Assembly (NCBI GenBank): GCA_030390025.1
Contig: JASTWF010000034.1
Coordinates: 6,014,001-6,078,000, forward strand
Length of the DNA stretch: 64,000 nucleotides
Source of the DNA: Squalus acanthias
Lineage: Eukaryota
Reading direction: 5' to 3'
Below, piece by piece: positions 12,550 through 25,900 of this stretch. The translations under genes were made by a program, and so were the position numbers. The notes beneath the pieces are model-generated. The model was not told the DNA's origin. It searched no databases and saw only the letters and a program-made list of their open reading frames with translations. Each line of letters opens with the position of its first letter. Within the stretch, counting starts at the first letter, position 1.

Positions 12550-12922
12550 GACAGTGTGTACCATCAACAAGATGCACAGCAACAACTCGCCAAGGCTTCT
12601 TCATCAGCACCTCCAAAACCTGTGACCTCTACCGCTTAGAAGGACAATGGCAGCAGTTGCTTGGGAACACCACCACCTCCACTTTCCCCCTCCAAGTCAC
12701 ACACCATCCTGACTTGGAAAAATATCGCCGTTCCTTCATCGTCGCTGAATCAAAATCCTGGAACTCCCTCCCTAACAGCACTGTGGGAGTGTCTTCCCCA
12801 CATGGACTGCAACGGTTCAAGAAGGCAGCTCACCACCACTCTCTTGAGGGCAATTTGGGATGGATAATAAATGCTGGCCTTGCCAACGACGCCCACATCC
12901 CATGAACAAATAAAAAAATAAA
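12550..12922 (+). mobile_element. 3' end of a second LINE family (CR1/L2 superclade)
   Basis: SKSWNSLPNSTVG...LQRFKKAAHHH followed by an A-rich tail; the same family occurs at 23205-23660 and 45560-47230. Confidence 0.8.
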
Positions 12923-13524
12923 ATTCTCTGCACTGCTCCCACATATCGGTGGAAACATTTTAAATGCATCTGTAACTTACCTTGGGTTAAGTGCTTTTAG
13001 GTGAATTTTCTCACACGAAGGTAGTTTTTAAATTAGCAAAGCTGGATTGGTGCCTTGCATTATAATTGTTCATATGTAGCTCACACAGCTCCATGATATA
13101 GAACTAAGTGCATTATGTAAACAAAGTTTCTATGCTCCAGATCCAAGTGACTAGATTGTCAAAGATGTTGCATAGATCAGTCCAGCAGATCCTACTTATT
13201 GGACGTGTTGTACTTCCTTACAACTCAAGAAAATCCAGTAAATAAAGCACTTGTATTTGTGCACATCCAGCTATAGACAATTCAGAGCATAGGCTAGATA
13301 GCAGTTGACCACTCCAGGGCCATCCAAGGATTGGGTCTTTACCAAACTGGTAAAATTCTGTATGGACATTATCATAGTGAAGTACATAAACTGGGAAGGC
13401 ATCATCTCTGCATCCCAGCACCAAGCTGATATGGCACTGGTGTTGACCAAATCTTGTCCTCCTTTCTGATTAAACTCCTTACTATGTTGGTGGAATGTCA
13501 GAGTGGACATCTTGAACTAATTCA

Positions 13525-14415
13525 GGGTCCAGTGTGAAGAGGACACAAAGAGCCTGCAAAGAGATATAGACCGGTTAAGTGAGTGGGCAATAAGGTGGCA
13601 GATGGAGTATAATGTGGGGAAATGTGAGGCTGTTCACTTTGGTCGGAAGAATAGAAAAACAATATTTTTCAATGGTGAGAAACTGTTAAATGTTGCTGTT
13701 CAGAGAGATATAGGTGTCCTCTTAAAGGAAACATAGAAAGTTAGCATGCAGGTACAGCAAGCAATTAGAAAGACAAATGGCATGTTGGCCTTTATTGCAA
13801 GGGGGTTGGAGTACAAGAGTAAGGAAGTCTTGCTACAATTATATAGGGCTTAGGTGAAACCACACCTGGAGTGTTGTGCACAGTTTTAGTCTCCTTATCT
13901 GAGAAAGGACATACATGCCTTAGAAGCGGTGCAACAAAGGGTCCCCTAGATTGATCCCTGGGTTGAGAGGATTGTCCTATGAGGAGAGATTGAGTAGATT
14001 GGGCCTCTCCTCTCTGGAGTTTAGAAGAATGAAAGGTGATCTCATTAAAACATATAAGATTCTGAGGGGGATTTACAGGGTAAATGCTGAGAGGTTGTTT
14101 CCCCTGGCTAGAGAGTCTCGAACTAGGGGGCATAGACTCAGGATAAGGGGTCGGCCATTTAAGACTGAGATGAGAAGGAATTTCTTCACTCAGAGGGTTG
14201 GAATTCTCTGCACGAAAGGACTGTGAAGACTGAGTCTTTGAGTATATTCAAGGCTGACACAGATAGAATTTTAGACTCTAGGGGAATCAAGGGATATGGG
14301 GATCAGGCGAGAAAGTGAAGTTGAGGTCAAAGATCAGCCATGATCTTATTGAGTGGCAGAGCAGGCTCGAAGGGCTGAATAGCCTACTCCTGCTCTTAAT
14401 TCTTATGTTCTTATG
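13525..14415 (+). mobile_element. CR1 LINE 3' fragment with ttcttatg tail
   Basis: ORF 13951-14226 MIPGLRGLSYEERLSRLGLSSLEFRRMKGDLI...RRNFFTQRV. Confidence 0.92.
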
Positions 14416-15229
14416 CACCTGCCCCGCGAGTGGGAGGGGCTACGGCTACTTTGTGACATTGTTCCAAGCTGCTGTGTGATTGGCTCCCGGTTCCTTTGTG
14501 ATGTCACCTGGAGACAGGGCCCCGCCCCTGGTTACGGCCCATCAGTGGGGTGTCAGTGTGGGAGGAGCTGGAGTGACAGCTGACACTGGGAGTGTTTAGT
14601 CCCAATAAACAGGGCAAAGGGCCGAAAAGAACTATTTAATATTATCTACAGTAATTCAAACACTCATTAATTGCAAATATCTTCATAATAGATACAATCA
14701 CAGACACAAAAACAGTCCCGCTGTATTACAGGTAGAGATTCTGGGATTAATATGTCTCATTTTTCTATTGACAGTCTCTGGGAGTGAGCAATATCTCAGG
14801 AAGGTGGAGAGAGAGAAGTCGAATCATCGCCACACTCACTGGGACTACAGAAATGTCGCTGGGTTCACAGAGCAGATCTGGTGGGACCGAGACCCCCCCG
14901 TGTCGGAGACGGGATAAAACGGGAAGCTTCAACAATGATTGGAAAGGGGAGGAACTTTACTGAGAATTCCAGCAGTCCAGGAATTTGCTGAGGTGCGATT
15001 CTAACCAGATACTGGGAGCTGTTCAACATCTGCCGTTAGGCTCGGCCTTTGATGTGGCAAGTTGAGCGGAGCTTAACTCGGAGATAAACCTTGCCCGTAC
15101 CTCACCCGGGAGTGTTTGACATTTACATGTATAGGGATCTTTATTCTGTATTGACCCCGTGCTGTACCTGAGCTGGTTGTGCTTCATTGGGCAGTGTCAA
15201 GGGAGCTGTACGCTGCATTGAACACCTGC
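14416..15229 (+). other. Cassette B: exon 14775-14946 (ATG 14853) with +1 frameshift; both donors degraded
   Basis: Same promoter motifs and acceptor as A; extra C in gacccccccg; first donor reads gtgttt, second ggggag. Confidence 0.7.
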
Positions 15230-15457
15230 TGTTACGTCAGATAACTACTAGGCACCTGGTCTAATCGTTAAACAACGCTTTAATCAACTGTTTTACAACA
15301 TGGAGAACGAGTTGTGTCCTTCACTAGTTCCGGTTAAGTATGTCCCGCGCAAGCTGGACCCGTGCCCGAGTATTTATACTCTCCTTGGACAGCGCCACCT
15401 ACAGGCCACTCAGTATAATTTCATAAGTCATGAATGACAGATTCATGTCGTGCTACA
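15230..15457 (-). mobile_element. Probable solo LTR (228 bp, TG...CA ends) inserted in the tail of cassette B
   Basis: Absent from cassettes A, D and E; TGTTACG...GCTACA termini; flanks cctgc/cctga; TATAAATA and ATTAAA on the minus strand. Confidence 0.55.
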
Positions 15458-15489
15458 CCTGAGTTAGTTGTGTTGATGAACCAAATAGG

Positions 15490-16210
15490 AGGGAGCTTTA
15501 CTCTGTATCTAACCCGTGCTGTACCTGCCCTGGGAGTGTTTGATGGGACAGTGCAGAGGGAGCTTTACTCTGTATCTAACCCGTGCTGTACCTGCTCTGG
15601 GAGTATTTGATGAGATAGTGTAGAGGGTGCTTTACTCTGCATCTAACCCGTATTACACGTGTCCTGGGATTGAGTTGATGGGATAGTGTAGATGGAATTT
15701 TACTCTATATCTAACCCGTGCTGTACAGGCCCTGGGAGAGTTTGATGGGACAGTGCAGAGGGAGCTTTACTCTGTATCTAACCCGTGCTGTACCTGCCCT
15801 GGGAGTGTTTGATGGGACATTGTAGAGGGAGCTTTACTCTGGTTCTAAACCCTGCTGTGCCTGCCCTGGGAGTGTTTGATGGGACAGTGTAGAGGGAGCT
15901 TTACACTGTATCAAACTTGGTCTGAACCTGCCCTGGGAGTGTTTGATGGGACAGTTTAGTGACAGCTTTACTCTGAATCTGAAACATGCTGTGCCTGCCC
16001 TGGGAATGTTTGATGGGACAGTGTAGAGGGAGCTTTACTCTGTATCTAACCCCTGCTGTTCCTGTCCTGGGAATGTTTGATGGGACAGTGTAGAGGGAGC
16101 TTGACTCTGTTTCTAACCCCTGCTGTTCCTGTCCTGGGAATGTTTGATGGGACGTTATTGAGGGGGCTTTACTCTGTATCTAAACCGTGCTGCTCCTGCC
16201 CTGAAGTGTT
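15490..16210 (+). repeat. 67-bp satellite (gggacagtgtagagggagctttactctgtatctaacccgtgctgtacctgccctgggagtgtttgat)
   Basis: Period 67 (gggagcttta at 15491 and 15558). Confidence 0.95.
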
Positions 16211-16211
16211 T

Positions 16212-17890
16212 ATAGAGTTATACAGCACAGAAAGAGGCCCTTCGGCCCATCGTGTCTGCACCGGCCATCAAGCCCTGTCTATTCCAAACCCATTTTCCAG
16301 CACTTGGTCCCTAGCCTTGTATGCTATGGCGTTTCAAGTGCTCATCTAAATGCTTCTTCAATGTTGTGAGCGTTCCTGCCTCTACCACCCTTTAAGGGAG
16401 TGAGCTCCAGATTCAACTACCCTCTGGGTGAAAAAGATTTGCCTCAATACCCCTCTAAACCTCCTGCCCCTTACCTTGAAACTATGCTCCTGGTTATTGA
16501 CCCCTCTACGAAGGGAAGAATTTCTTTTTTATCCACCCTAGCTATGCCCCTCATACTTTTGTACACCTCAATCAGGTCCCCCCTCAGCCTTCTCTGCTCT
16601 AAGGAAAACAACCCCATCATGACCAGTCTCTCTTCACAGCTGAAACGCTCCAGCCCAGGTAACATCCTGGTGAATCTCCTCTGCACCCTCTCCAATGCAA
16701 TCACATCCCTCCTATAGTGTGGTGACCAGAACTGCACACAGTATTCCAGCTGTGGCCTAACTAGCGTTTTGTACAGCTCCATCATAACCTCCCTGCTCTT
16801 ATATTGTATGCCTCGGCTAATATCCAATATGCCTTTTTAACCACCTTATCTACCTGTCCTGCTGCCTTCAGGGATCTATGTATATGCACGCCAAGGTCCC
16901 TCTGATCCTCTGTCCTTCCTATGGTCCTACCATTCATTGTGTATTCCCTTGCCTTGTTTGTCCTCCCAAAATGCATCACCTCACACTTTTCAGGGTGAAA
17001 GTCCATTTGCCACTGTTCTGCCCATCTAACCATCCCGCCTATATCGTCCTGTAGCCTGAGGCTTCCCTCCTCGCTATTTAGCACTCCACCAATTTTCGTG
17101 TCATCTGCGAACTTACATTCATATCTAAATCATTAATGTACACTACAAACAGCAAAGGACACAGCACCGTTCCCTGCGGTACACCACTGGACACTGGCTT
17201 CCATTCACAAAAACTACCTTCGACCATCACCATCTGCCTCCTGCCACGAAGCCAATTTTGAATCCAATGTGCCAAATTGCCCTGGCTCCCATGGCCTCTT
17301 ACCTTCTTGACCAGTCTCCCATGTGGGACTTTATGAAAAGCCTTACTGATGACCATGTAGACGACATCAACTGCACTATCGTCATCCACACACCTAGTCA
17401 ACCCCTCAAAAAATTCAATCAAATTGGTTCGATATGATCTCCCCCTGATAAAAGCCATGCTGACTATCCCTGATTAGCGCTTGCCTCTCCCAGTGGAGAC
17501 TAATTCTGTCCCTCAGAATTTTTTCTAATAATTTCCCTATCACTGATGTTAGGCTCACTGGCCTGTAATTCCCTGGTTTAACCCTACTACCCTTCTTCAA
17601 CAATGGTACTATGTTAGCTGTTCTCCAGTCCTCTGGCACCTCCCCTGTGGTCAGAGAGGTTCTGAAAATTTGTGTCTGAGCCCCTGCAGTCTCCTCCCTT
17701 GCCTCACACAGCAGCCTGGGATACATCCCGTCAGGGCCTGGGGATTTATCCACTTTTAAGCCCGCTAAAACCGCTAGTACCTCCTCCCTCTCAATACTAA
17801 TTTGTTCAAGTATATCACAATCCCCCTGCCTGATTTCTATGCCTCCATCGTCCTTCTCCACAGTGAACACAGATGCAAAATATTCATTTC
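16212..17890 (-). mobile_element. CR1 LINE, 5'-truncated, RT region to 3' end, frameshifted
   Basis: ORFs with KSPGPDG, NYRPVSLTSV, SGVPQGTVL, RPQLEYCVQFWSP. Confidence 0.95.
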
Positions 17891-20800
17891 AGAGCTTTAC
17901 TCTGGACCAAACATTGTCTGAACCTGCCCTGGGATTATTTGATGGGACAGTGTAGAGAGTTTTTCTCTGTATCTAACCCGTGCTTTACCTGCCCTGAGAG
18001 TGTTTGATGTTACATTGTAGAGGGAGGTTCGCTCTGTATCTACCCTGTGCTTTACCTGCCCTGGGAGAGTTTGATGGGACAGTGTAAACGGATCTTTAAT
18101 CTGTATCTAATCCATGCTGCACTTGCTTTGGGAGTGTTTGATGGGCCAGTGTTGATGCAACTTTACTTTGTGCCTACCTCGTGTTGTGCCTGTCTTGGAA
18201 GGGTTTGATGGGACACTGTAGAGGCAGCTTTAGTCTGTATCTAACACATGCTGTACCTGCTCTGGGAGAGTTTGATGGGATAGTGTCGAGGGAGTTTTAA
18301 TCTGTCTTACTCGTGTTCTGCATGTCCTGGATGGGTTTAATGGGACAGTGTAGAGAGAGCTTTACTCTATCAAACGTGGTCTGAACCTGCCCTGGGAGTG
18401 GTTTGCTGGGACAGCTCAGAGGGAGATTTACTCTATCTAACCTGTTCTGAACCTTTCCCTAGGCAGTGTTTAATGGGACAGTGTAGAGAGAGCTTTACTC
18501 TGTATCACACGTGGTCTGAACCTGCCCTGGGAGTGGTTTGCTGGGACAGTTCAGAGGGAGATTTACTCTATCTAACCTGTTCTGAACCTGCCCAGGCAGT
18601 GTTTGATGGGACAGTGTAGAGGGATCTTTACTCTGTATCAAACGTGGTCTGAACCTGCCATGGGAGTGTTTGATGGAAAAGTGTAGAGGGAGCTTTATTC
18701 TGTATCGAACCGGTGCTGTCCCTACCCTGGGGTTGTTTGATTGGACACTGTAGAGGCAGCTTTACTCTGTATCTAACCCATGCTGTACATGCCCTGGGCG
18801 TGTTTGATGGGACAGTGTCGAGGGAGCTTTACTCTGTATCTAACCCATGCTGTACATGCCCTGGGGGTGTTTGATGGGACAGTGTTGAGGGAGCTTTACT
18901 CTGTTTCTAACACATGCTGTACCTGTCCTGGGAGTGTTAAATTGGACAGTGTTGATGCAGCTTTACTCTCTCTGTCTAACTCGTGTTCTGCCTGTCCTGG
19001 ACGGGTTTGTTGGGACAGTGTAAAGGGAGTTTTACTCTGTATCTTAACCGTGCTGTACCTGCCATGGGGGTGTTTAATGGGACAGTGTCAAGGGAGCTTT
19101 ACTCTGTTTCTAACCCCTGCTGTACATGCCCTTTAAATGTTTGATGGGACATTGTAGAGGAAGCTTTACTCTGTATCTAACCCATGCTGTTCCTGCCCTG
19201 GGATAGTTTGATGAGACAGTTCAGAGGGAGCTTTACTCTGTATCTACACATGCTGTATCTGCCCTGGGAGTGTTTGATGGGACAGTGTAGTGAGAGCTTT
19301 ACTCTTTACCAATCATTGTTTGAACCTGCCCTGGGAGTGTTGGATGGGACAGTGTAGAGGGAGATTTACTCTGTATCTAACCAGTGCTGTACCTGCCCTG
19401 GACGGGTTTGATGGGACAGTGTTGAGGGAGCTCTAAACTGTATCAAACATGGTCTGAACCTGCCAGGGGAGTGTTAGATGGGACAATGCAGAGATGAACT
19501 TTACTCTGTATCTAACCTGTGCTGCACCTGCCCTGTGAGAGTTTAATGGGACAGTGTAGAGGGAACTTTACTCTGTGTCAAACATATTCTGAACCTCCTG
19601 TGGGAGTGTTTGATGAGACAGTGTAGAGTGAGATTTACTCTGTATCTAACCTGTGCTGAAAATGCCCTGGGTGGGTTTGATGGAACATTGAAGAGGGCGC
19701 TTAACTCTGTAGCTAAATGGTGTTGTGCCTGTCCTGGGAGAGTTTGAGGGGAAAGTCTAGAGTCAGCTTTACCAGTATCAAACATGGTCTCAACCTGTCC
19801 TGGGAGTGTTTCATGGGACAGTGAAGAGGGAACTTTACTCTGCATCTAACCCGTGTTATACGTGTCCTGGGAGCGATTTGTTGGAATAGTGTAGAGGGAA
19901 CTTTACTCTGTATCTAAACCGTGCTGTACCTGCACTGGGAGTATTTGATGGGACAGTGTAAAGGGAGCTTTATTCTGTATCTAAATCGTGCTGTACCTGT
20001 CCTGGGAGTGTTTGATGGGACATTGTAGAGGGAGTTTTACTCTGTATCTAACCTACGCTGTACCTGCCATGGCAGTGTTTGATTTGACAGTGTAGAGGGA
20101 ACTTTACTCTGTATCTAACCCGTGTTGTGCCTGTCCTGGACAGGTTTGATGGAACAGTGTAGAGGAAGCTTAACTCTGTATCAAACAGTATGTTGGCGTT
20201 CATTGCAAGAGGATTTGAGTACAGGAGCAAGAATGTCTTACTACAGTTATACAGGGCCTTGGTGAGACCACACCTGGTGTACTGTGTGCTGTTTTGGTCT
20301 CCCTACCTAAGAAAGGATATACTTGCCACAGATGGAGTGCAGCGAAGGTTCACCAGACTGATTCCTGGGATGACAGGACTGACGTTTTAGGAGAGGTTGG
20401 GTCGACTAGGCCTGTATTCACTAGAGATTAGAAGAAGGAATGGGCATCTGATTGAAAGGTATAAAATTCTGACAGTGCTAGACAGACTGGATGCAGGGAG
20501 TATGTTTCCCCTGGCTGGGGTGTCTAGAACGAGGGGTCACAGTCTCAGGATACGGGGTAGGACATTTAGGACTGAGATGAGGAGAAATATCTTCACTCAG
20601 AGGGTGGTGAACCTGTGGAATTCTCTCCCACAGAGGCTGTGGTGTCCAAATCACTGAATATATTTAAGAAGGAGATAGATAGATTTCTAGACACAAAAGG
20701 CATCAAGGGGTATGGGGAGAGACCGGGAATTTGGTACTGAGATAGAGGAGCAGCCATGATCATGTTGAATGTCGGAGCAGGCTCGAAAGGCCGAATGGCC

Positions 20801-21565
20801 TACTCCTGCTCCTATTTTTCTATGTTTCAAACATGGACTGAACCTGCCCTGAGGTCCTTTTTATGGGACAGTGTAGAGGGAGCTTTACTCTGTATCTTAC
20901 CCATGCTGTACCTGCCCTGGGAGAGTTTGTTGCGGCAGTGCAGAGAACGCTTTACTCTCTACCTAACCAGTGCTGTACCTGCCCTGGGAGTGTTCGATGA
21001 GACAGTTTTGATGCAGCTTTATTCTGTGTCTAACTCGTAGTCTGCCTGTCCTGGACGGGTTTGAAGGGACAGTGCAGGGGGAGCTCTATCCTGTTACAAA
21101 CATGGTCTGAACTAGCCAAGGGAGTGTTTGATTGGACCGTGCAAAGATGAGCTTTACTCTGTATCTAACCAGTGCTGTACCTGCCCTGTGAGAGTTTGCT
21201 GGGACAGTGTAGAGGGACCTTTACTCTGTATCTAACCTGTGCTGTACCTGCCCTGTGAGAGTTTGTTGGGCCATTGTAGAGGGAACTTTACTCTGTATCT
21301 AACCTGTGCTGTACCTGCCCAGTGAGAGTTTGCTGGGACAGTGTAGAGGGACCTTTACTCTGTATCTAACCTGTGCTGTACCTGCCCTGTGAGAGTTTGT
21401 TGGGCCATTGTAGAGGGAACTTTAATCTGTATCTAACCTGTGCTGTACCTGCCCTGTGAGAGTTTGTTGGGCCAGTGTAGAGGGACCTTTACTCTGTATC
21501 TAACCTTTGCTGAAACTGCCCTGGGAGCGTTTGATGGGACAGTGCTGAGGGAGATTTACTCTGCC
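17890..21565 (+). repeat. 67-bp satellite array interrupted by a CR1 at 20189-20827
   Basis: Tandem diverged units of the same consensus. Confidence 0.95.
20189..20827 (+). mobile_element. CR1 LINE 3' fragment inserted in the satellite
   Basis: MLAFIARGFEYRSK...RPHLVYC; ttctatgtttc tail; tcaaaca on both flanks. Confidence 0.92.
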
Positions 21566-21569
21566 TCTG

Positions 21570-22610
21570 AACTATTCTGCCCAATTGGTTTGTGCCGGTG
21601 TTTATTCCCCACGCAAGCCTCCTCTCACCCCTCTTCATCTAATTCTATTAGCATAACCTTATATTCCTTTCTCCCTCATGTGTTTATCTAGCTTCTCCTT
21701 AAATGCATCTGTACTACCCCCTCCACTACTCCCTGTGGTAGCGAGTTCCACATTCTCACCTCTCTTTGGGTGAAGAATTTATCCTGAATTCTCCATTGGA
21801 TTTATTAGTGACTATCTTATATTGATGATCTCCAGTTTTGGACTCCCACAAGTGGAAACATTTTCTCCACGATCACCCTTTATAACCTTCTCATAATCTT
21901 AAAGACCTCTATCCGGTCATCCATCAGCATTCTCTTTCTTCAAGAGAAAAGAGACCCAGCCTGTTCAGCCAATCCTGAGAAGTATATCCTCTCAGTTCTA
22001 GGATCATCCTTACAAATCTCCTTCTCCAGTGCCTCTATATTAAGAACATAAGAAATAAGAGCAGGAGTAGGCCATTGGGCCCCTCGTAATAATATGGAGA
22101 CCAGAGCTTTTCACAGTACTCCAAGTATGATCTAACCCAGGGTCAGTACAAGTTTAACATAACCTCCCTGCTTTGCAATTCTATCCCTCTGGATATGAAC
22201 CCCAGTGCTTTGTTTGTTTTGTATGGCCCTATTAACCTCCATTGCTACTTTAGTGTTCTGTGTATCTGTACCCCGAAATCGCATTGCTCCTCTACCCCAT
22301 TTATACTCTTATTTTCAAAGCAGTATCTGGCCTCCTTATTCTTCCTACCAAAAGGCGCCACCTCACACTTATCTATATTGGAAATTCATTCGCCATTTAC
22401 ACTTCCATTCTGCAAGTTTATTAATGTCTTCTTGCATTATGTCACAGTCTTCATCAATAGTAACTGTACCGCCCAATTTGGTATCATTGACAAATTTTGA
22501 AATTGTACTTCAAATTCCCGAATCGAAATTGTTTATGTAAATTGTGAACAGCAGCGGTCCCAGCACCGATCCCTGTGGAACACCACATTCCACCTTTTGC
22601 CAGAGTGAAA
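21570..22610 (-). mobile_element. CR1 LINE 3' portion, decayed
   Basis: WQKVECGVPQGSVLGPLLFTIYIN (ORF 22510-22740) plus CR1 3' sequence. Confidence 0.88.
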
Positions 22611-22629
22611 AGCTGCTCTCTGTTTTGTG

Positions 22630-23200
22630 GCATTCAATGGCGGTGTGTTTACCCACGATCCCCCGCGTGGCAGAAAGTGCCCAATCAATGACTACAGGAG
22701 TCCAGTGCGCAGGCGTGGGACCGGGGAGTGCTCCGAGCATGCGCAGTGCGAGTGGTGCAGACGACGCGCTTGCGGCAGCAGGAACAATGCGCGGAGAGAG
22801 AAATCGCCAACGTTTCAGGTCGATAACTTCGTCAGAGCATTTGCTGTTGTACTAATGGCCGAACAAACGATTCAAGAGGCGGCAGGATATTCTGGGGGCC
22901 GGGGAGGAACAGGCGCCGCGCGGGGTCTGGGAAGCTTCACAAACACCCGGCCTCAGGCCCCGAATAAGACCCCGCGGGGCCTCGTGCTTGCGCCGCAGCG
23001 CCAGGTCCGGCCGCTCGGGTGAGCGGGGCGACTGTCCGCCAACCTGCTGAAGACATTGTCCCCGCCGACAGGCCCGTGTTACCCCGGCAACCGGCCACCA
23101 TCTTGGTGAAGGAAGGCGGGACTTTTCCCCGCGCCGCCATCTTGGAAAGGGCGGGGTCAGGGCGCATGCGCGGCCCTCAGTGCAAGTGCAGCAGAAGCAC
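22630..23200. promoter_or_regulatory. CpG island resembling a housekeeping or bidirectional promoter (NRF1, YY1, GC boxes)
   Basis: TGCGCAGGCG ~22706, GCATGCGCA ~22737, GCGCATGCGC ~23162, GCCGCCATCTTG ~23133, GGGCGGGG ~23149; the minus strand reads AAGATGGCGGCG. Confidence 0.7.
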
Positions 23201-23204
23201 TTTT

Positions 23205-23660
23205 TTATTATTCGTTTATGGAATGTGAGGGTCGCTGGCAAGGCCAGCATTTATTGCCCATCCCTAACTGCCCTTGAGAAGGTGGTGGTGAGCTGTCTTC
23301 TTGAACCGCTGCAGTCCGTAGGTAGGGAGTTCTAGGATTTTCAAGCAGCAACGAGGAAGGATTGGCGATATACTTCCAAGTCAGGATGGTGTGTGACTTC
23401 GAGGGTAACCTGGAGGTGGTGGGGTTCCCATGCGTCTGCTGCCCTTGTCCTTCTAGGTGGAAGAGGTTGCGGGTTTGGGTGGTGCTGACGAAGATGTCTT
23501 GGCGGGTTGCTGCAGTGCATCTCGTAGATGGTACACACTGCAGCCACGGTACACCGGTGGTGGAGGGAGTGAATGCGTAAGGTATGTGGATGGGTTGTCA
23601 ATCAAGCGGGCTGCTTTGTCCTGGATGGTGTCGAGCTTCTTGAGTGTTGTTGGAGCAGTA
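23205..23660 (-). mobile_element. 3' end of the second LINE family
   Basis: TTLKKLDTIQDKAARLI...HSLHHRCTVAAVCTIYEMHCSN. Confidence 0.85.
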
Positions 23661-23684
23661 CGCATCATATGAGGGGAGCGGGGT

Positions 23685-24065
23685 CGGAGACGGGGCTGAT
23701 TGTACACCCTGTGTTCATGCCCAGTGAGACTGCACACCAGGAGCAGAGCCTGGTCAATGTGACCCTGTGACGCCTCGAGTGGGAGGGGCTCCGGCCGCTT
23801 TATGACATCGCTCCTTGCTGCTGTGTGATGTCCCCTGGAGAAAGTGCCCCGCCGCTGGTTATGGCCCATCAGTGGGATGTCAGTGTGGGAGGAGCTGGAG
23901 TGACAGCTGACACTGGGAGTGAGTTTTCCCAATAAACAGTGCAATGGACAGAATAGAACAATATAATAAAGTTAGTAATTCAAACACTCATTAATTGCAA
24001 AAATAATCACATTGAATATAAATTTGGTCACAAAAATGCCCCCCCCCCTGTATTCTGGGATTAAT
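23685..24065 (+). other. Cassette C (partial): upstream region, non-coding exon and intron, truncated before the acceptor
   Basis: Aligns to 24572-24950; ends at tattctgggattaat, followed by an L2 fragment. Confidence 0.75.
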
Positions 24066-24084
24066 GGCTTCGGTCTACCCAATA

Positions 24085-24320
24085 TTTACTTCGAGAAACT
24101 TTTGCTCATGTCAGTCAAGCAGTCTGACAATTTAGACACCGTGGAGGGGTCGAGAGAAGAGGTAGTGAGGTAGAGCTGGGTGTCGTCAGCGTACATGTGG
24201 AAACTGACTGTGTTTCTGGATGATGTCACCAAGGGACAACATGTAGATGAGAAATAGGAGGGGGTCAAGGAGAGATCCTTGGGGGACACCAGAGGTAACG
24301 ATGTGGGAGCAGGAAGAGAG
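24085..24320 (-). mobile_element. L2 LINE RT fragment
   Basis: VTSGVPQGSLLDPLLFLIYM and FHMYADDTQLYL. Confidence 0.85.
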
Positions 24321-24571
24321 ACTGACTGATATTCTGGTCTTTTCCGTACAGTATGATCCCAGCCCCAGACGCATCCCTCACTGTGGAGAGAGAGAGAGAG
24401 GCAGAGACAGTGAGGGAGCAGATACGTAGAGAAGGAAAGAAATACTGGGATAGAGTTTGACGTTTAGTAGGTGCTATAGCACAAACTGGGTAATTGTGAA
24501 TCAGCCATCCATTTTACACCGATGGAAATAAAACTCGGGAGAGATGTAGGGCAGGATCCCGGTTCATTCCC

Positions 24572-25430
24572 GGAGACGGGGCTGATTGTACACCCTGTGT
24601 TCATGCCCAGTGAGACTGCACACCAGGAGCAGAGCCTGGTCAATGTGACCCTGTGACACCTCGTGTGGGAGGGGCTCCGGCCACTTTGTGACATCGTTCC
24701 TGGCTGCTGTGTGATGTCACCTGGAGACAGGGCCCCGCCCCTGGTTACGGCCCATCAGTGGGATGTCGGTGTGGGAGGAGCTGGAGTGACAGCTGACGCT
24801 GGGGGTGAGTTTAGTCCCAATAAACAGGGCAATGGACAGAAAAGAACTATTCAATATTAAATAAGTAATTTAAACACACTGATTAATTGCAAAAATAATC
24901 AAATTGAATATAACTATGGTCACAAAAATGCTCCCCCTGTATTCTGGAATGAATATGAATCATTTTTCTACAGACAGTCTCTGGGAGTGAGCAATATCTC
25001 AGGAAGGTGGAGAGAGAGAGAAGTCGAATCATCGCCACACTGAATGGGACTGGAGAAATGTCGCTGGGTTCACAGAGCAGATCTGGTGGGATCGAGAGCC
25101 CCAGTGTCGGAGACGGGATAGAACGGGAAGCTTCAACAATGATTGGAAAGGTGAGGAACTTTACTGAGAATCCCATCAGTCCAGGATTTTGCTGAGGTGA
25201 GAGTCTAACCAGATACTGGGAGCTGTTCAACATCTGCCATCAGGCTCGGCCTTTGATGTGGCAAGTTGAGCGGAGCTTAACTCGGAGATAAACCTTGCCC
25301 GTACCTCACCCGGGAGTGTTTGACACTTGCATGTAGTGAGATCTTTATTCTGTATTCATCCCATGCTGTACCCGAGCTGGTTGTGCTTCATTGGGTAGTG
25401 TCAAGGGAGCTGTACGCTGCACATGCTGTA
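24572..25430 (+). other. Cassette D: donor 24805, exon 24978-25150 (ATG 25058, MSLGSQSRSGGIESPSVGDGIEREASTMIGK) with intact AAG|gtgagg donor; CCAAT segment deleted
   Basis: Paralog of A, B and E; splice signals read directly. Confidence 0.72.
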
Positions 25431-25900
25431 TTAGAGGGAGCTTTGCATGTCACCCGCGCTGTACCTGCCCTGCGAGTGTTTGAGTGGACAGGGCAGAGGA
25501 AGGTTTAGTCTGTATCTCTCTATCGAACCAGTGCTGTTCGTGCCTTTGGACTATTTGATTGGGCATTGTAAAGGGAGCTTTACTCTGTATCTCTCTATCT
25601 AACCCGTGCTATACCTGCCCTTGGACTGTTTGATTGGGCAGTGTAAAGGAAGCTTTACTCTGTATCTCTCGATCTAACCGGTGCTATACCTGCCCTTGGA
25701 CTGTTTGATTGGGTAGTGTAAAGGGAGCTTTACTCTGTATCTTTCGATCTAACCCGTGCTGTACCTGCCCTTGGACTGTTTGATTGGGCAGTGTAAAGGG
25801 AGCTTTACTCTGTATCTCGCTATCTCACCCGTGCTATACCTGCCCTTGGACTATTTGATTGGGCAGTGTAAAGGGAGCTTTACTCTGTGTATAACTCATG
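25430..25900 (+). repeat. 75-bp variant of the 67-bp satellite
   Basis: Units carry an extra ~8-nt ctctctat/ctctcgat segment and ccttggactgtttgattgggcagtgtaaaggg. Confidence 0.9.

Noticed and set aside
11080..13520. AT-rich unique sequence with short ORFs (11376-11655, 13218-13510)
   Set aside because: No recognisable protein similarity or convincing exon structure, apart from the LINE tail at 12550-12922
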